The position numbers and the translations under genes are program-made. A stretch of 64,000 nucleotides of DNA from Rhodospirillales bacterium (GTDB lineage: Bacteria; Pseudomonadota; Alphaproteobacteria; Rhodospirillales; Casp-alpha2), in contig DASWGT010000086.1 in NCBI GenBank assembly GCA_036393575.1, forward strand, positions 3,141 through 67,140, read 5' to 3'. This document shows, one piece after another, positions 7,320 to 17,162 of the stretch (within the stretch, counting starts at the first letter, position 1; each line of letters opens with the position of its first letter). The notes beneath the pieces are model-generated. The model was not told where the DNA came from, did no database searches, and saw only the letters and a program-made list of their open reading frames with translations.

Positions 7320-10300
7320 ATGGTTGCCCTCGATACCCATCGCCGCAAGCGCCTTCGCCAAACCAAGTCCGAGCTCATCGACGAACTGGAAGCGCTTGAG
7401 ACGCGCCTGTCGGATGCGGGTGGCCGTGCTCGCGGCGACGGAATCGAATCGCTGAAGGTGTTCTTCGACAGCGTCTTCCGGGACGTCGACGACGCCGTCG
7501 TGCTGGCTGACGCCGAACACCGCGTCGTCACCTGCAATCCGGCGTTCAGCCGCGCGTTCGGCTACCTCCCGGCGGACGTTGCAGGCCGTAGCATGGAAAC
7601 CCTCTATGCCGGCCGCGGGAGATGCGAGCAGCAATACCACATGCCGTTCGCTGCCGCCGAGGCGCGGCCGTTGGAGCCCGCCGAGGTGACCTACGTCCGC
7701 CGCAACGGCCAAAGCTTCGCCGGCGAAACCATCGAAGCGCCGGTGCGCGACGACGGCGGCGGCCCGCGAGGGTATCTGGTGATCATCCGCGAAATCACCG
7801 AGCGTATGGCGGCCGACCGCGAGGCGGCGCGTTTTCGCCGCGCCATCGATAATCTGGCCGAGGGATTGGCGTTCTTCGACGCCGAGGACCGCCTGATCTT
7901 CTGCAACGACGAATACCGGCGCATCCACCCGGCGATCCAGGATCTGCTGGTGCCGGGTGTGCGCTTCGAGAATCTAGTCCGCGCCCACGCCGAACGCGGC
8001 GTGATTCCCGAGGCGCGAGGCCGCGAGCAGGACTACGTCCGCGACCGCATGGAGCGCCACCGCAATCCGGGCGCGCCGGTGATCCGCGAACTCAGCGACG
8101 GCATCTGGTTCATCATCCGCGAGGGACGCACCCCGGACGGCGGTACCTACGCCATCACCACCGACATCACCCAACTCAAGGGCGCCGAAAATGCACTGCT
8201 GAGGAACCAGAAGCAATTCACCGACGCTATCGCCGCCCTGCAGGAGGCATTTGCCCTTTACGACGCCGAGGACCGATTGGTCGTCTGCAACGAAGAGTAT
8301 CGCCGTCTGCATCCCAAGGTCTTGCATATACTGAAGCCGGGCATGCGTTTCGAGGACTTGGTGCGGGAAAACATTAGGAAAGGCATGAACGCCGACGCCA
8401 TCGGCAACGAAGAAGTGCATATCCGAGAGCGCATGGAGCGCCATCGCAATCCGCAAGGCACGATCATCCGCCACCTCACGGACGGGACCGTGTTCCTGAT
8501 CCAGGAGAGTCGCACTCCCGACGGCGGTGTCGTGGTCACCGAGACGGACATCACCGAACGCCGCCGCGCCGAAGCGGCGCTGCGTACCAGCGAGGATCGG
8601 CTGCGTGGCGCCATCGAGAGCCTGCAGGAGGGGTTCGCGCTGTTCGACGCCGACGACCGCCTGGTGGCGCTTAACGACGAGTATCAGCGCGTCAATCCTG
8701 CCGCCCAGGAGATAATGGAGCACGGCGGCACCTACGAAGACGTGCTGCGCGCCAACGTAGCGCGCGGCATGCTGATCGAGGCGATCGGTCGTGAAGAGGA
8801 ATTCGTCAAGGAACGGCTGGCCCGCCATCGCAAGCCGAAGGGGCCGATCCTGCGGCGCATGGCCGACGGCAACTGGTACATGATCAAGGAGGTGAAGACG
8901 CCCGAGGGTGGCACCGCGGTCACCTTCATCAACATCACCGATCTTTTCCAGGCCGAAGAGGCGTTGAAGCAGAGCGAGCAGCGCTTCAAGGACTTCGCCG
9001 AGGTGGCCTCGGACTGGTTCTGGGAAATGGACGAAGACCTGCGCTTCACCTATTTCTCCGGGCGCAACTTCGAGGTCACCGGCTACAAGGACTCCGCCAT
9101 CATCGGCAAGACGCGCCTGGAGGTGACCAGCGAGGACACCAGCGCCGAGCACTGGCAGCGGCACTTGGCGGACCTGAAGGCGCGGAGGCCGTTCAAGGAT
9201 TTCTGCTACGATCTTCCGACCCCCGACGGCAAGACGTTGCGCATCAGCGTCAGCGGCATGCCGATCTTCGACACCAAGGGAATTTTCAAGGGCTATCGCG
9301 GCACCGGCGCCGACATCACCGAGCGTTGGCACGCCGAACAGGCATTGCGGGAGAGCGAGGCGCGTTTCCGGGCGGTCGTCGACAACCTGCCGTCGGCGCT
9401 GCTGCTGAAGGACGTGAGCGGGCGCTACCTCCTCGCCAACAAGCAGTTCAACACCTATTTCAATCCCGATGGCAAGGACGTCACGGGTAAGACGAGCTAC
9501 GACTTCCTCCCGAAGAAATTTGCCGATCAGTTTACCCGTCACGACCGCGAAGTCGTCGAATCCGGCACCGCCATCATGCGCGAACTCGACATGCCATTCG
9601 CTGACGGCAACGTCCATACCATCATCCTTCACAAGTTCCCGATCTTCGATGCCAACGGTCGATGCGTTGCCATCGGCGGCATTACCACCGATATTACCGA
9701 ACGCAAGCAGGCCGAAGAGGCATTGAAGAAGAGTGAAGCCCGGTTCCGCGCCGTCGTCGACAATTCGCCGGCGGCGATCGTGCTCAAGGACCTGAATGGG
9801 CGATATCTTGTCGCCAACCGGCAATGGCACAACTGGTGCAATCCCGGTGGCCAGGACATCGCCGGTAAGACCGCAAAGGACGTCTTCCCCAGGGATTTCG
9901 CCGACGAGATTGCTGACCATGAGAGGCGCGTCAAGGATAGCGGCTCTTCGTCTCTGCGGGAGTTCGAGACCGAGTTCCCCGACGGTGTCCGGCGGGCCGC
10001 CATGACGGCGAAGTTCCCGCTCGTCGGCCCGGACGGAAAGTCCTTCGCCATTGGCGCCATCATCACCGACATCACCGAACGCAAGCAGGCCGAACAAAGG
10101 CTCAGGGACAGCGAATGGCGATTCCGCAACCTGATCGAGGGCTCAATCCAGGGTATCTTGATCAGCGCCGAGTCGGGCAAGCCCCTGTTCGGCAACCAGG
10201 CACTGCTGGACATCTTCGGCTTCGATTCGTTCACCGAGTTTTTCGAGCAGGAAAACCAGAGCGTCATCTTCGCGCCCTACGAGGTGAATCGCCTCGAAGA

Positions 10301-13136
10301 ATTGTTCGCCGCCCGGTTCAAGGACGAGGGCGTGGCCAGGGACTATGAGTTCGACGGGATCCGTCGCGATGGCTCGATCGTCCGCTTGCAGGCGTCGTCG
10401 CGCGTGCTGACGTGGCGGGGCGTTCCGGCGATCCAGACGACGATCATCGACGTTACCGAGCGCTCGCGGGCACAGAAGGCGCGCGAGCGGCTTAGCCTCG
10501 CGATCGAGAACGTGCCCGTCGGCATCGCACTGTTCGACCGTGACGACCGGCTGGTGTTCTGCAACAGCCGCTACCGGGAGCTCATGGTCATCATGGCCGA
10601 CAAGCTGAAGCCGGGCACGACGTTCGAGGAGATGCTGCGGACCATCGTCGCGCGGGCGCCGGTCAAGGCCGCCCGCGGTCGTGAGGAGGATTACATCCGC
10701 GAGCGCCTGGAAAGGCACCGCAACCCGAAGGGTCCGGTCGACCTCCGCCGTGACGACAAGTGGCTGCGCGCCAACGAAACTCGCATGCCCGACGACAGCA
10801 TCTTCGTCATCATCACCGATATCACCGAGCGGAAGTTGGCGGAGGAAGCCCTGGTTGCCGGCGAAAAGCGGCTACGCGGCGCCATCGAGAGCATGCAGGA
10901 GGGATTCGCTCTGTTCGACGCCGACGACCGCCTGGTCGCCATCAACGACGTGTTCCGGCACATCAGTCTGGAAGCTCAGGCGTTCCTCGAAAAGGGCGCG
11001 CGGTTCGAGGACATCATCCGCGCCAACCTGAAGAAAGGCCGGATCGTCGAGGCGATTGGCCGCGAGGAGGAATTCATCCGCGAACGGATGGCGCAGCACC
11101 GCAACCCGACGGGCCCGATCATCCGCCAATTCAACGACGGCAATTGGTACATCCTGAAGGAAACCCGCACGCCTGACGGCGGTACCGCGCTCACCTTCAC
11201 CGATATCAGCGAACTGAAGCGCGCCGAGGCGGCGCTGATGGAGAGCGAGGCCCGCTTCCGCGACGTTGCCGAAAGCGCCGGCGACTGGTTCTGGGATATG
11301 GGACCGGACCTGCGCTTCACGTTCCTGTCGCAGCGCTTCTATGAGCTGTTCCCCGTGACCAGTAACCAGATCATCGGCAAGACCCGGGACGAATTCGCCG
11401 GCGCCGCTCGCGGGGATGAGCGTTGGCGTCAGCACCTGGACGAAATCGCGCACCACAAGCCTTTCCGCGATTTCGAATACCAGGTGTCGCTGCCGGACGG
11501 CCGCGTGAAAACCATCCGCATTAGCGGCAAGCCGCTGTTTGACGCCGCCGGAACCTTCAAGGGTTACCGCGGCACCGGCACCGACGTCACCGCCGAGAAA
11601 GAGGCGGAAGCCGCTGCCGCGCGGGCGCAAGCGAACCTTTACGACGCGGTCGAGAGCATCGATGCCGGGTTCGCCCTGTTCGACCGAGACGACCGGCTGG
11701 TGCTGTGCAACACGCGCTACCGGAAGCTTGACCCGAGACTGGACGATCTGACGCGGCCGGGCATGCTATTTGAGGACATCGTCCGCGGCGTGGCCAAGGC
11801 TGGCCTTTACCACGCCTCGATGGGGACGCCCGAGGAAATCGTGGCGGAACGGATGCAATTCCACCGCAATGCACCCTCCAGCCACGAGCAGCAGTACGCC
11901 GACGGCCGCTGGCTGGCGGTCGATGAATACAAGACCCATGACGGCGGCACGGCGCTGTTGTGGACCGATATCACCGAGCGGCGGATGCTGGAACGTCAAC
12001 TCGCGGGCGCGCAGCGGATGGAAGCACTCGGAAAGCTCACCGGCGGCGTCGCTCACGACTTCAACAATCTTCTGACCATCGTTCTCGGCAATCTGCAGCT
12101 GATGGAACCGCGCGTCGGCGACGATGTGAAGCTGAAGAAATACGTCCAGATGTCGACCGGCGCGGCACAGCGCGGCGCCGAACTGACCGGCCGGTTGCTC
12201 GCCTTCGCCCGCCGTCAAATGTTGGAGACCGCGCCCACCGACATCAACAAGCTGGTGTTCGGCATGGGCGCGCTGCTGCGGGGAATCCTCGGCGAAACGA
12301 TCAAGGTCGAGAACGTGCTGGCGGAGGATCTGCGGCAGATCCGCACCGACGCCACCCAACTCGAGAATGCGCTCATCAACCTTGCCATCAACGCCCGCGA
12401 CGCCATGTCCGAAGGCGGTCTGCTGACCATCGAGACTGCCAACGTCACCCTTGACCGCACCTACGTGCTGCAGAACCCGGGCGCGCTTGCCGGCGATTTC
12501 GTTATGATCGCGGTCAGCGACACCGGCCACGGCATGACCGCCGAAGTGGCCGAGCACGCGTTCGAACCGTTCTTCACTACCAAGGAGATTGGCAAGGGAA
12601 CTGGCCTCGGCCTTAGCATGGTTTACGGGTTCGTCAAGCAGTTGGGCGGTTACATCAAGATCTACAGCGAACCGGGTGAAGGCACCGTGATCAAGATGTA
12701 CCTGCCGCAAGCCAAGGGCGACGACGCCTTGGCTGCCGCGCCCGACGCCGCCGAGGCGGCGGTCGGCGGTCCGGAGACGATCCTGGTGGTCGAGGACGAC
12801 CCCGAGGTGCGGCAGACGACGGTGGCGCTGCTCGAGGAGCTGAGCTACCAGGTCATCGAAGCACCCAACGGGCCGTCGGCGCTGAAGCTGCTAGACCGGC
12901 AGCCCGATATCGACCTATTGCTCACCGACGTCATCATGCCGGGCGGCATGCGCGGCCCTGATCTCGCGCGCGAGGTCCACAAGCGCCGGCCGAACATGAA
13001 AATCCTCTACATGTCAGGGTACACCGAACACACTGTGCTGCGCGACGGCATGGCAGAAGCAGATGTCCAGCTCTTGAGCAAACCATTCCAGAAAAATGAA
13101 TTAGCCAATAAGGTCCGCAACGTGCTGGATAATTGA
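7320..13136 (+). CDS. multi-PAS hybrid sensor histidine kinase (about 12 PAS-like modules, HisKA, HATPase, C-terminal REC)
   Basis: ATG 7320 follows GAGGAG; the ORF is open from 7275. PAS-like modules repeat, each ending in DITERK/DITERR-type linkers. The kinase core shows GGVAHDFNNLL (H-box), LINLAINARDAM, DTGHGM and GKGTGLGLS. The receiver shows ILVVEDDPEVR, LLLTDVIMPGGMRG and KPF. Confidence 0.9.
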   Translation: MVALDTHRRKRLRQTKSELIDELEALETRLSDAGGRARGDGIESLKVFFDSVFRDVDDAVVLADAEHRVVTCNPAFSRAFGYLPADVAGRSMETLYAGRGRCEQQYHMPFAAAEARPLEPAEVTYVRRNGQSFAGETIEAPVRDDGGGPRGYLVIIREITERMAADREAARFRRAIDNLAEGLAFFDAEDRLIFCNDEYRRIHPAIQDLLVPGVRFENLVRAHAERGVIPEARGREQDYVRDRMERHRNPGAPVIRELSDGIWFIIREGRTPDGGTYAITTDITQLKGAENALLRNQKQFTDAIAALQEAFALYDAEDRLVVCNEEYRRLHPKVLHILKPGMRFEDLVRENIRKGMNADAIGNEEVHIRERMERHRNPQGTIIRHLTDGTVFLIQESRTPDGGVVVTETDITERRRAEAALRTSEDRLRGAIESLQEGFALFDADDRLVALNDEYQRVNPAAQEIMEHGGTYEDVLRANVARGMLIEAIGREEEFVKERLARHRKPKGPILRRMADGNWYMIKEVKTPEGGTAVTFINITDLFQAEEALKQSEQRFKDFAEVASDWFWEMDEDLRFTYFSGRNFEVTGYKDSAIIGKTRLEVTSEDTSAEHWQRHLADLKARRPFKDFCYDLPTPDGKTLRISVSGMPIFDTKGIFKGYRGTGADITERWHAEQALRESEARFRAVVDNLPSALLLKDVSGRYLLANKQFNTYFNPDGKDVTGKTSYDFLPKKFADQFTRHDREVVESGTAIMRELDMPFADGNVHTIILHKFPIFDANGRCVAIGGITTDITERKQAEEALKKSEARFRAVVDNSPAAIVLKDLNGRYLVANRQWHNWCNPGGQDIAGKTAKDVFPRDFADEIADHERRVKDSGSSSLREFETEFPDGVRRAAMTAKFPLVGPDGKSFAIGAIITDITERKQAEQRLRDSEWRFRNLIEGSIQGILISAESGKPLFGNQALLDIFGFDSFTEFFEQENQSVIFAPYEVNRLEELFAARFKDEGVARDYEFDGIRRDGSIVRLQASSRVLTWRGVPAIQTTIIDVTERSRAQKARERLSLAIENVPVGIALFDRDDRLVFCNSRYRELMVIMADKLKPGTTFEEMLRTIVARAPVKAARGREEDYIRERLERHRNPKGPVDLRRDDKWLRANETRMPDDSIFVIITDITERKLAEEALVAGEKRLRGAIESMQEGFALFDADDRLVAINDVFRHISLEAQAFLEKGARFEDIIRANLKKGRIVEAIGREEEFIRERMAQHRNPTGPIIRQFNDGNWYILKETRTPDGGTALTFTDISELKRAEAALMESEARFRDVAESAGDWFWDMGPDLRFTFLSQRFYELFPVTSNQIIGKTRDEFAGAARGDERWRQHLDEIAHHKPFRDFEYQVSLPDGRVKTIRISGKPLFDAAGTFKGYRGTGTDVTAEKEAEAAAARAQANLYDAVESIDAGFALFDRDDRLVLCNTRYRKLDPRLDDLTRPGMLFEDIVRGVAKAGLYHASMGTPEEIVAERMQFHRNAPSSHEQQYADGRWLAVDEYKTHDGGTALLWTDITERRMLERQLAGAQRMEALGKLTGGVAHDFNNLLTIVLGNLQLMEPRVGDDVKLKKYVQMSTGAAQRGAELTGRLLAFARRQMLETAPTDINKLVFGMGALLRGILGETIKVENVLAEDLRQIRTDATQLENALINLAINARDAMSEGGLLTIETANVTLDRTYVLQNPGALAGDFVMIAVSDTGHGMTAEVAEHAFEPFFTTKEIGKGTGLGLSMVYGFVKQLGGYIKIYSEPGEGTVIKMYLPQAKGDDALAAAPDAAEAAVGGPETILVVEDDPEVRQTTVALLEELSYQVIEAPNGPSALKLLDRQPDIDLLLTDVIMPGGMRGPDLAREVHKRRPNMKILYMSGYTEHTVLRDGMAEADVQLLSKPFQKNELANKVRNVLDN

Positions 13137-13148
13137 GCGAGGGGTACT

Positions 13149-14303
13149 ATGAACCAGAATCGGCTTTTAGTCATCGACGACGAGCCCGGAATCGGCGAGT
13201 TTATCAAGGAGGTGGCCGAAGGCGTCGGGTTCGAGGCGCGGATCACCACCACGCCCGATGATTTCCGCCGCACCTATCGGTCGTTTTCGCCGACCGCCAT
13301 CATCCTGGATCTGGTGATGCCCGAGGCGGATGGCGTCGAATTGTTGCGCTATCTGGCCGAGGATCGCTGCCAGGCACAGATCATGGTCGCCAGCGGCGTC
13401 GACCCGCGGGTACTGGCCACCGCCAAGCGGATCGGTGACGCCTACGGGCTGCAGATGTCGGGAATGCTGGAGAAGCCGATCATGGTGCCCGGCTTGCAGG
13501 CGCTTCTGCGTAAGACCTCGCAAGTCCACAACTCGGTCAACGAGCAGGGCCTGAGCCAAGCCATCGCGGAGCGTCAACTGGTTGTCCACTTCCAGCCGAA
13601 GCTGACCTTCGCCAACGGCGCCGGCCAGACCATCGAGGCAGTCGAAGCCCTGGTCCGCTGGCAGCACCCGCAGTGGGGCCTGGTGATGCCCGACAAGTTC
13701 ATCACGTTGGCCGAGCAGACGGGGCTGATCCTGCCGCTAACCGATCTGGTGGCGCGGATGGCGATCGAGCAGCTTGCGGCGTGGGAAGAGGAGGGATTGC
13801 GCCTCTCAGTCGCCGTCAACCTGGCGCCGCAGCTCCTCAACCGCCTCGAGCTTCCCGACCGGCTGGCCGAACTGGCGGACGAGCACAGCATCGACCGCTC
13901 GCGGCTGGTGATGGAAATCACCGAAAGCGCGGCCATGGCCGACACTGGGCGCACCATGGATATCCTGGCGCGGTTCCGGATCAAGGGCATGGGCGTCAGC
14001 ATCGACGACTTTGGCACTGGTTATTCGTCGCTGGTGGCACTTTGCCGGATGCCGTTCAACGAACTCAAGATCGACAAGTCGCTGGTGACCGAGTTGCACA
14101 AGAGCGAGGAGGCCAAGCTGATCGTGCGCTCGATCGTCGAGTTGGCACACAACTTGGGACTCAGCGTCTGCGCCGAGGGTACCGAAACCGCCGACGCGGT
14201 CGACTTCGTGCGCGGCTGCGGCTGCAAGTCCACGCAGGGATACTACATCAGCAAGCCGCTGGCGCCCGATGCCTTGAGGGCGTTCATCCTGTCGCGGAAC
14301 TAG
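13149..14303 (+). CDS. REC-EAL protein (response-regulator c-di-GMP phosphodiesterase)
   Basis: It starts 12 nt after the kinase stop. The receiver shows LLVIDDEPGI and IILDLVMPEADG. The EAL domain shows VEALVRWQHP, NLAP, EITE, DDFGTGYSSL, KIDKSLV and EGTET, so the catalytic signature looks intact. Confidence 0.9.
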   Translation: MNQNRLLVIDDEPGIGEFIKEVAEGVGFEARITTTPDDFRRTYRSFSPTAIILDLVMPEADGVELLRYLAEDRCQAQIMVASGVDPRVLATAKRIGDAYGLQMSGMLEKPIMVPGLQALLRKTSQVHNSVNEQGLSQAIAERQLVVHFQPKLTFANGAGQTIEAVEALVRWQHPQWGLVMPDKFITLAEQTGLILPLTDLVARMAIEQLAAWEEEGLRLSVAVNLAPQLLNRLELPDRLAELADEHSIDRSRLVMEITESAAMADTGRTMDILARFRIKGMGVSIDDFGTGYSSLVALCRMPFNELKIDKSLVTELHKSEEAKLIVRSIVELAHNLGLSVCAEGTETADAVDFVRGCGCKSTQGYYISKPLAPDALRAFILSRN

Positions 14304-14320
14304 GACCATGTAAACAGGAC

Positions 14321-15463
14321 CTAACGCCCTGGCGGCGCGTTGCCGGGCAGACGTCGCGCCGGCGGCGTCGGATTCTTTTCGATGAAGTCGCGCGCCAGTG
14401 GCACCATCTTCGGGTGGTGCTGGGCCAACAGCGTCAGCGACTTTTCCATCAGCGCCTTGTCGCCGCCCCAAGCGCCGGCCTGTACGCCGAGGCGTAGCAC
14501 TTCGGCGTCGGCGGGTAGGATTTCGACCAACCGCTTCAGGTGCGGCACCTCGTCGGCATAGCGGCCGCCGAGGTGAAGCGTGATCGCTAGCGATAGCATT
14601 GAGTTGATGGCGTTCGGGTCCTGGTCGAGGGCGCGCCGGAACATCGCCAGCGAATCGTCGAACAACCGCTGGCGCCCGAAAACCTGTCCCGCCAAGTCCC
14701 ACAGTTGGCGGTTGCCGGACCGCCCGCACTGCTCGTTGATGAACGCGACATGCGATGGACCGAGCCGCTCGCGTGTCGCCTGCGCCGCGTCGAGGGCCTC
14801 CGAGCACTTGCGATACGCGATGCCGATCTGCTGGCTGGCCCCCAGGTGCTCCGGTCCCGATTGCGCCCTTAAGTCAGCGATCGCCCAGGAAGGGATCGCC
14901 TCGTGGCGACCCGAGCCGCCGGAGGCGACGACGCCGACCAGCCGGCCGATCTCGTCGACCAGCGCGCCGCCGGAATTGCCAGGCTGGCCATAGGCGTCGT
15001 GGTGCACCCGGGCCAACGGCTTGCCCTCCGCCGACCGTAGCAGCATCTGGCCGGGCTTGTAGACGCGCACGGCCTGGCGGCCGACGTCGGCGCCGATGGT
15101 GTAGAGGATGGAGTCGGGCCCGGCGACGGCCGTCGTCAGCCGGCTTTTGGCGGCGATCTCGGGCGCACGCAGCAGGATCAAATCGCCGGCGTAGGCCGAT
15201 GGCACCACGGTCGCCACCAGCTTCTTGCCGTTGGGCAGCATCACCTCGGCGCGCGCGTTGTCAGCGACGGCGTGGCGGTTGGTGACCAGCAGCCCGGGCT
15301 CGATTAGCACCGCGCTCGCCAGCGGATCGAAAGACGCGATCGCGAACACGCTTGCGGCGGCGTCGCACACCGGCTGCGGCGCCGCGCACGGCGCGTCGGC
15401 CGCCGCCGGCCGGGATGCCGCAACGGCGACCAGCAGCGCGACGACAAACCTGAACCCGGACAT
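14321..15463 (-). CDS. secreted trypsin-like (S1/DegP-type) serine protease with C-terminal TPR-like region
   Basis: 380 aa from ATG at 15463, with signal peptide MSGFRFVVALLVAVAASRPAAA. Motifs are LLVTNRHAV (His), DLILLR (Asp) and GNSGGALVD (Ser). The C-terminal part is helical-repeat (ALDQDPNAINSMLSLAITLHLGGRYADE). Confidence 0.75.
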   Translation of the reverse strand: MSGFRFVVALLVAVAASRPAAADAPCAAPQPVCDAAASVFAIASFDPLASAVLIEPGLLVTNRHAVADNARAEVMLPNGKKLVATVVPSAYAGDLILLRAPEIAAKSRLTTAVAGPDSILYTIGADVGRQAVRVYKPGQMLLRSAEGKPLARVHHDAYGQPGNSGGALVDEIGRLVGVVASGGSGRHEAIPSWAIADLRAQSGPEHLGASQQIGIAYRKCSEALDAAQATRERLGPSHVAFINEQCGRSGNRQLWDLAGQVFGRQRLFDDSLAMFRRALDQDPNAINSMLSLAITLHLGGRYADEVPHLKRLVEILPADAEVLRLGVQAGAWGGDKALMEKSLTLLAQHHPKMVPLARDFIEKNPTPPARRLPGNAPPGR

Positions 15464-15465
15464 GA

Positions 15466-15816
15466 TCAAAGGATACCGTAGCCACGAAGCGCCGCAAGGA
15501 CCATGAAAATCCCGACGGCACCGACGACGCCGGGGATCATGGCGCGCCGGCACAGCACGAACAACGCGAACCCGCAGCCGAGCGCCACCAGCCGGTCGAC
15601 CAGCGGCGTGTGCGCCAAGATACCGACCGGCATCAGCATGATGCGCGATATCAGTCCGGCCAGCATCCCGTAGGCGACGCAGGTGAACCACTGCGACAGC
15701 CGGCCGTTGGGCTTGATGCGGGCGGCGATGACGACACCGGTCGCCCGCCACACATAGGTGGCGAGGCTTACCATCGCCAGCAATCCCCACAGCGCCAGCT
15801 CGTGCGGCTCAGGCAT
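15466..15816 (-). CDS. azlD: AzlD family branched-chain amino acid transport protein
   Basis: A 116-aa hydrophobic protein from ATG 15816. Its start overlaps the azlC stop by 8 nt, the typical azlC-azlD arrangement. Confidence 0.7.
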   Translation of the reverse strand: MPEPHELALWGLLAMVSLATYVWRATGVVIAARIKPNGRLSQWFTCVAYGMLAGLISRIMLMPVGILAHTPLVDRLVALGCGFALFVLCRRAMIPGVVGAVGIFMVLAALRGYGIL

Positions 15817-16459
15817 CGGCGCCTCGCAAGCCGCGGTCGAGGTAGAACGCGGCAGTGCCGGCGATGATGCCGCAGAACGGCAATCCCCACTCCGGCGATA
15901 GCCAATGGGTAATCGGCCCCAGCACGGTGCCGATGATAAGGGCCAAAACGCCGTTGCGGGCGCGCACGCCGGCAAACAGGAACACGAAGTAGATCGGATT
16001 GAGGAAGATCAGGCTGACGGTGACGAAGAACGGCAACTCCCCGGCGAGATGATAGCCGGCCGCGGTGCCGATCACTCCGGCGGCGATGCAGGTTACCGAT
16101 AACCCGGTGAAGTACGGTCCGCGTTGGTCGATGGGCAACGACGGCCCGTTGCGCAGCGTCACCGCCCAGGTGTTGACCGACATCATGGCGACGAAGACGT
16201 AGCGCCACCGCCACGATGCCGGGTCGCCGCGGAACAGCGGCAGTAGCGACAGCGACATCGGGAAAAACCGCAGATTCGCCATGCTCGAGGCGAGCGCGAT
16301 GGCCAACAGCGGGGCGCCAACGGCGTAAAGTTCGGCCGCCGCCACCTGTCCCGGCAGGCCCCACACGGTAGCGGTCGACGTCACCGCGACGCCGATCGTG
16401 AAGCCGCTGTCGCGGGCCAGCGAACCCCAGCCAGTCATGCTGGCGGCGACTACGAACAC
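15809..16459 (-). CDS. azlC: AzlC family branched-chain amino acid permease component (start uncertain)
   Basis: A multi-TM protein with an AzlC-like core ([16 protein letters not shown]). Canonical start candidates are GTG 16459 and ATG 16438. AzlC-like sequence ([16 protein letters not shown]) appears to continue upstream to about 16570, where no ATG/GTG/TTG exists; the only candidate there is ATT 16570, preceded by AAGGA. Confidence 0.7.
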   Translation of the reverse strand: MFVVAASMTGWGSLARDSGFTIGVAVTSTATVWGLPGQVAAAELYAVGAPLLAIALASSMANLRFFPMSLSLLPLFRGDPASWRWRYVFVAMMSVNTWAVTLRNGPSLPIDQRGPYFTGLSVTCIAAGVIGTAAGYHLAGELPFFVTVSLIFLNPIYFVFLFAGVRARNGVLALIIGTVLGPITHWLSPEWGLPFCGIIAGTAAFYLDRGLRGADA

Positions 16460-16691
16460 CGGCAGCCGGAACGCCTCGACGGCACCGCCGAGAAAGGCCC
16501 GCCAGCGATCGGCGAAGGCCCCGGGGGAAACGGGGGTGGTCGCCGGGGCGGGGGAGGGACGGTCGGTAATGGCGTATCCTTTCGCGCCGGCGGGAATACC
16601 GCCGGAAGCGACATTCTTGTCGAACCGGCGGATAAGCTTTTTAATCCGTCGGCGGCCGTCGCGCCACCCCCGGCGTGGTCTAGGAGACGAT

Positions 16692-17162
16692 ATGCCCGTT
16701 GAGCCAGAGAACAATGGTCCCGGCCGTGGCCGGACACTGGTCACCGGCGTCATCGGTGTCGACACCCACATCGTCGGCAACCGGATTCTCGGCATGGCGC
16801 TCGAGGAGGCCGGCTTCAAGGTGGTCGCCTTGGGGGCGCTGACGCCGGCCGAAGACTTCGTCAAGGCCGCCATCGAGACCGCCGCCGATGGCATCATGGT
16901 GTCGTCCCTGTACGGCCAGGGTGAGCTCGACTGCCGCGGCTTCCGCGCGCTGTGCGTCGAGGCCGGACTCGACGATATCCTACTCTACGTCGGTGGCAAC
17001 CTGGTGGTCGGCAAACAGGACTGGGTCGGCGTCGAGAAGCGCTTCCTGGATATGGGATTCGACCGCGCCTTTCCGCCCGGCACCCGCACCGCCGACGTGA
17101 TTGCGGCGCTCAGGCGCGACTTTGCCGCCCGCGCCGAGGGTCGGCAAAGGGCGGAGACATGA
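16692..17162 (+). CDS. glmS: methylaspartate (glutamate) mutase sigma subunit, B12-binding
   Basis: 156 aa from ATG 16692 after AGGAGA. The B12-binding signature DxHxxG is present as [21 protein letters not shown], followed by [11 protein letters not shown]. The small size is typical of GlmS/MutS. Confidence 0.85.
   Translation: MPVEPENNGPGRGRTLVTGVIGVDTHIVGNRILGMALEEAGFKVVALGALTPAEDFVKAAIETAADGIMVSSLYGQGELDCRGFRALCVEAGLDDILLYVGGNLVVGKQDWVGVEKRFLDMGFDRAFPPGTRTADVIAALRRDFAARAEGRQRAET

Noticed and set aside
16460-16691. A cobalamin riboswitch or other structured leader upstream of the B12-dependent mutase genes.
   Set aside because: I see only short hairpins (for example CCGGCGG-GAATA-CCGCCGG near 16587-16605). 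There is no B12-box-like core and too little space for a roughly 200-nt cobalamin aptamer. B12-dependent enzyme genes are also not typical targets of that riboswitch.
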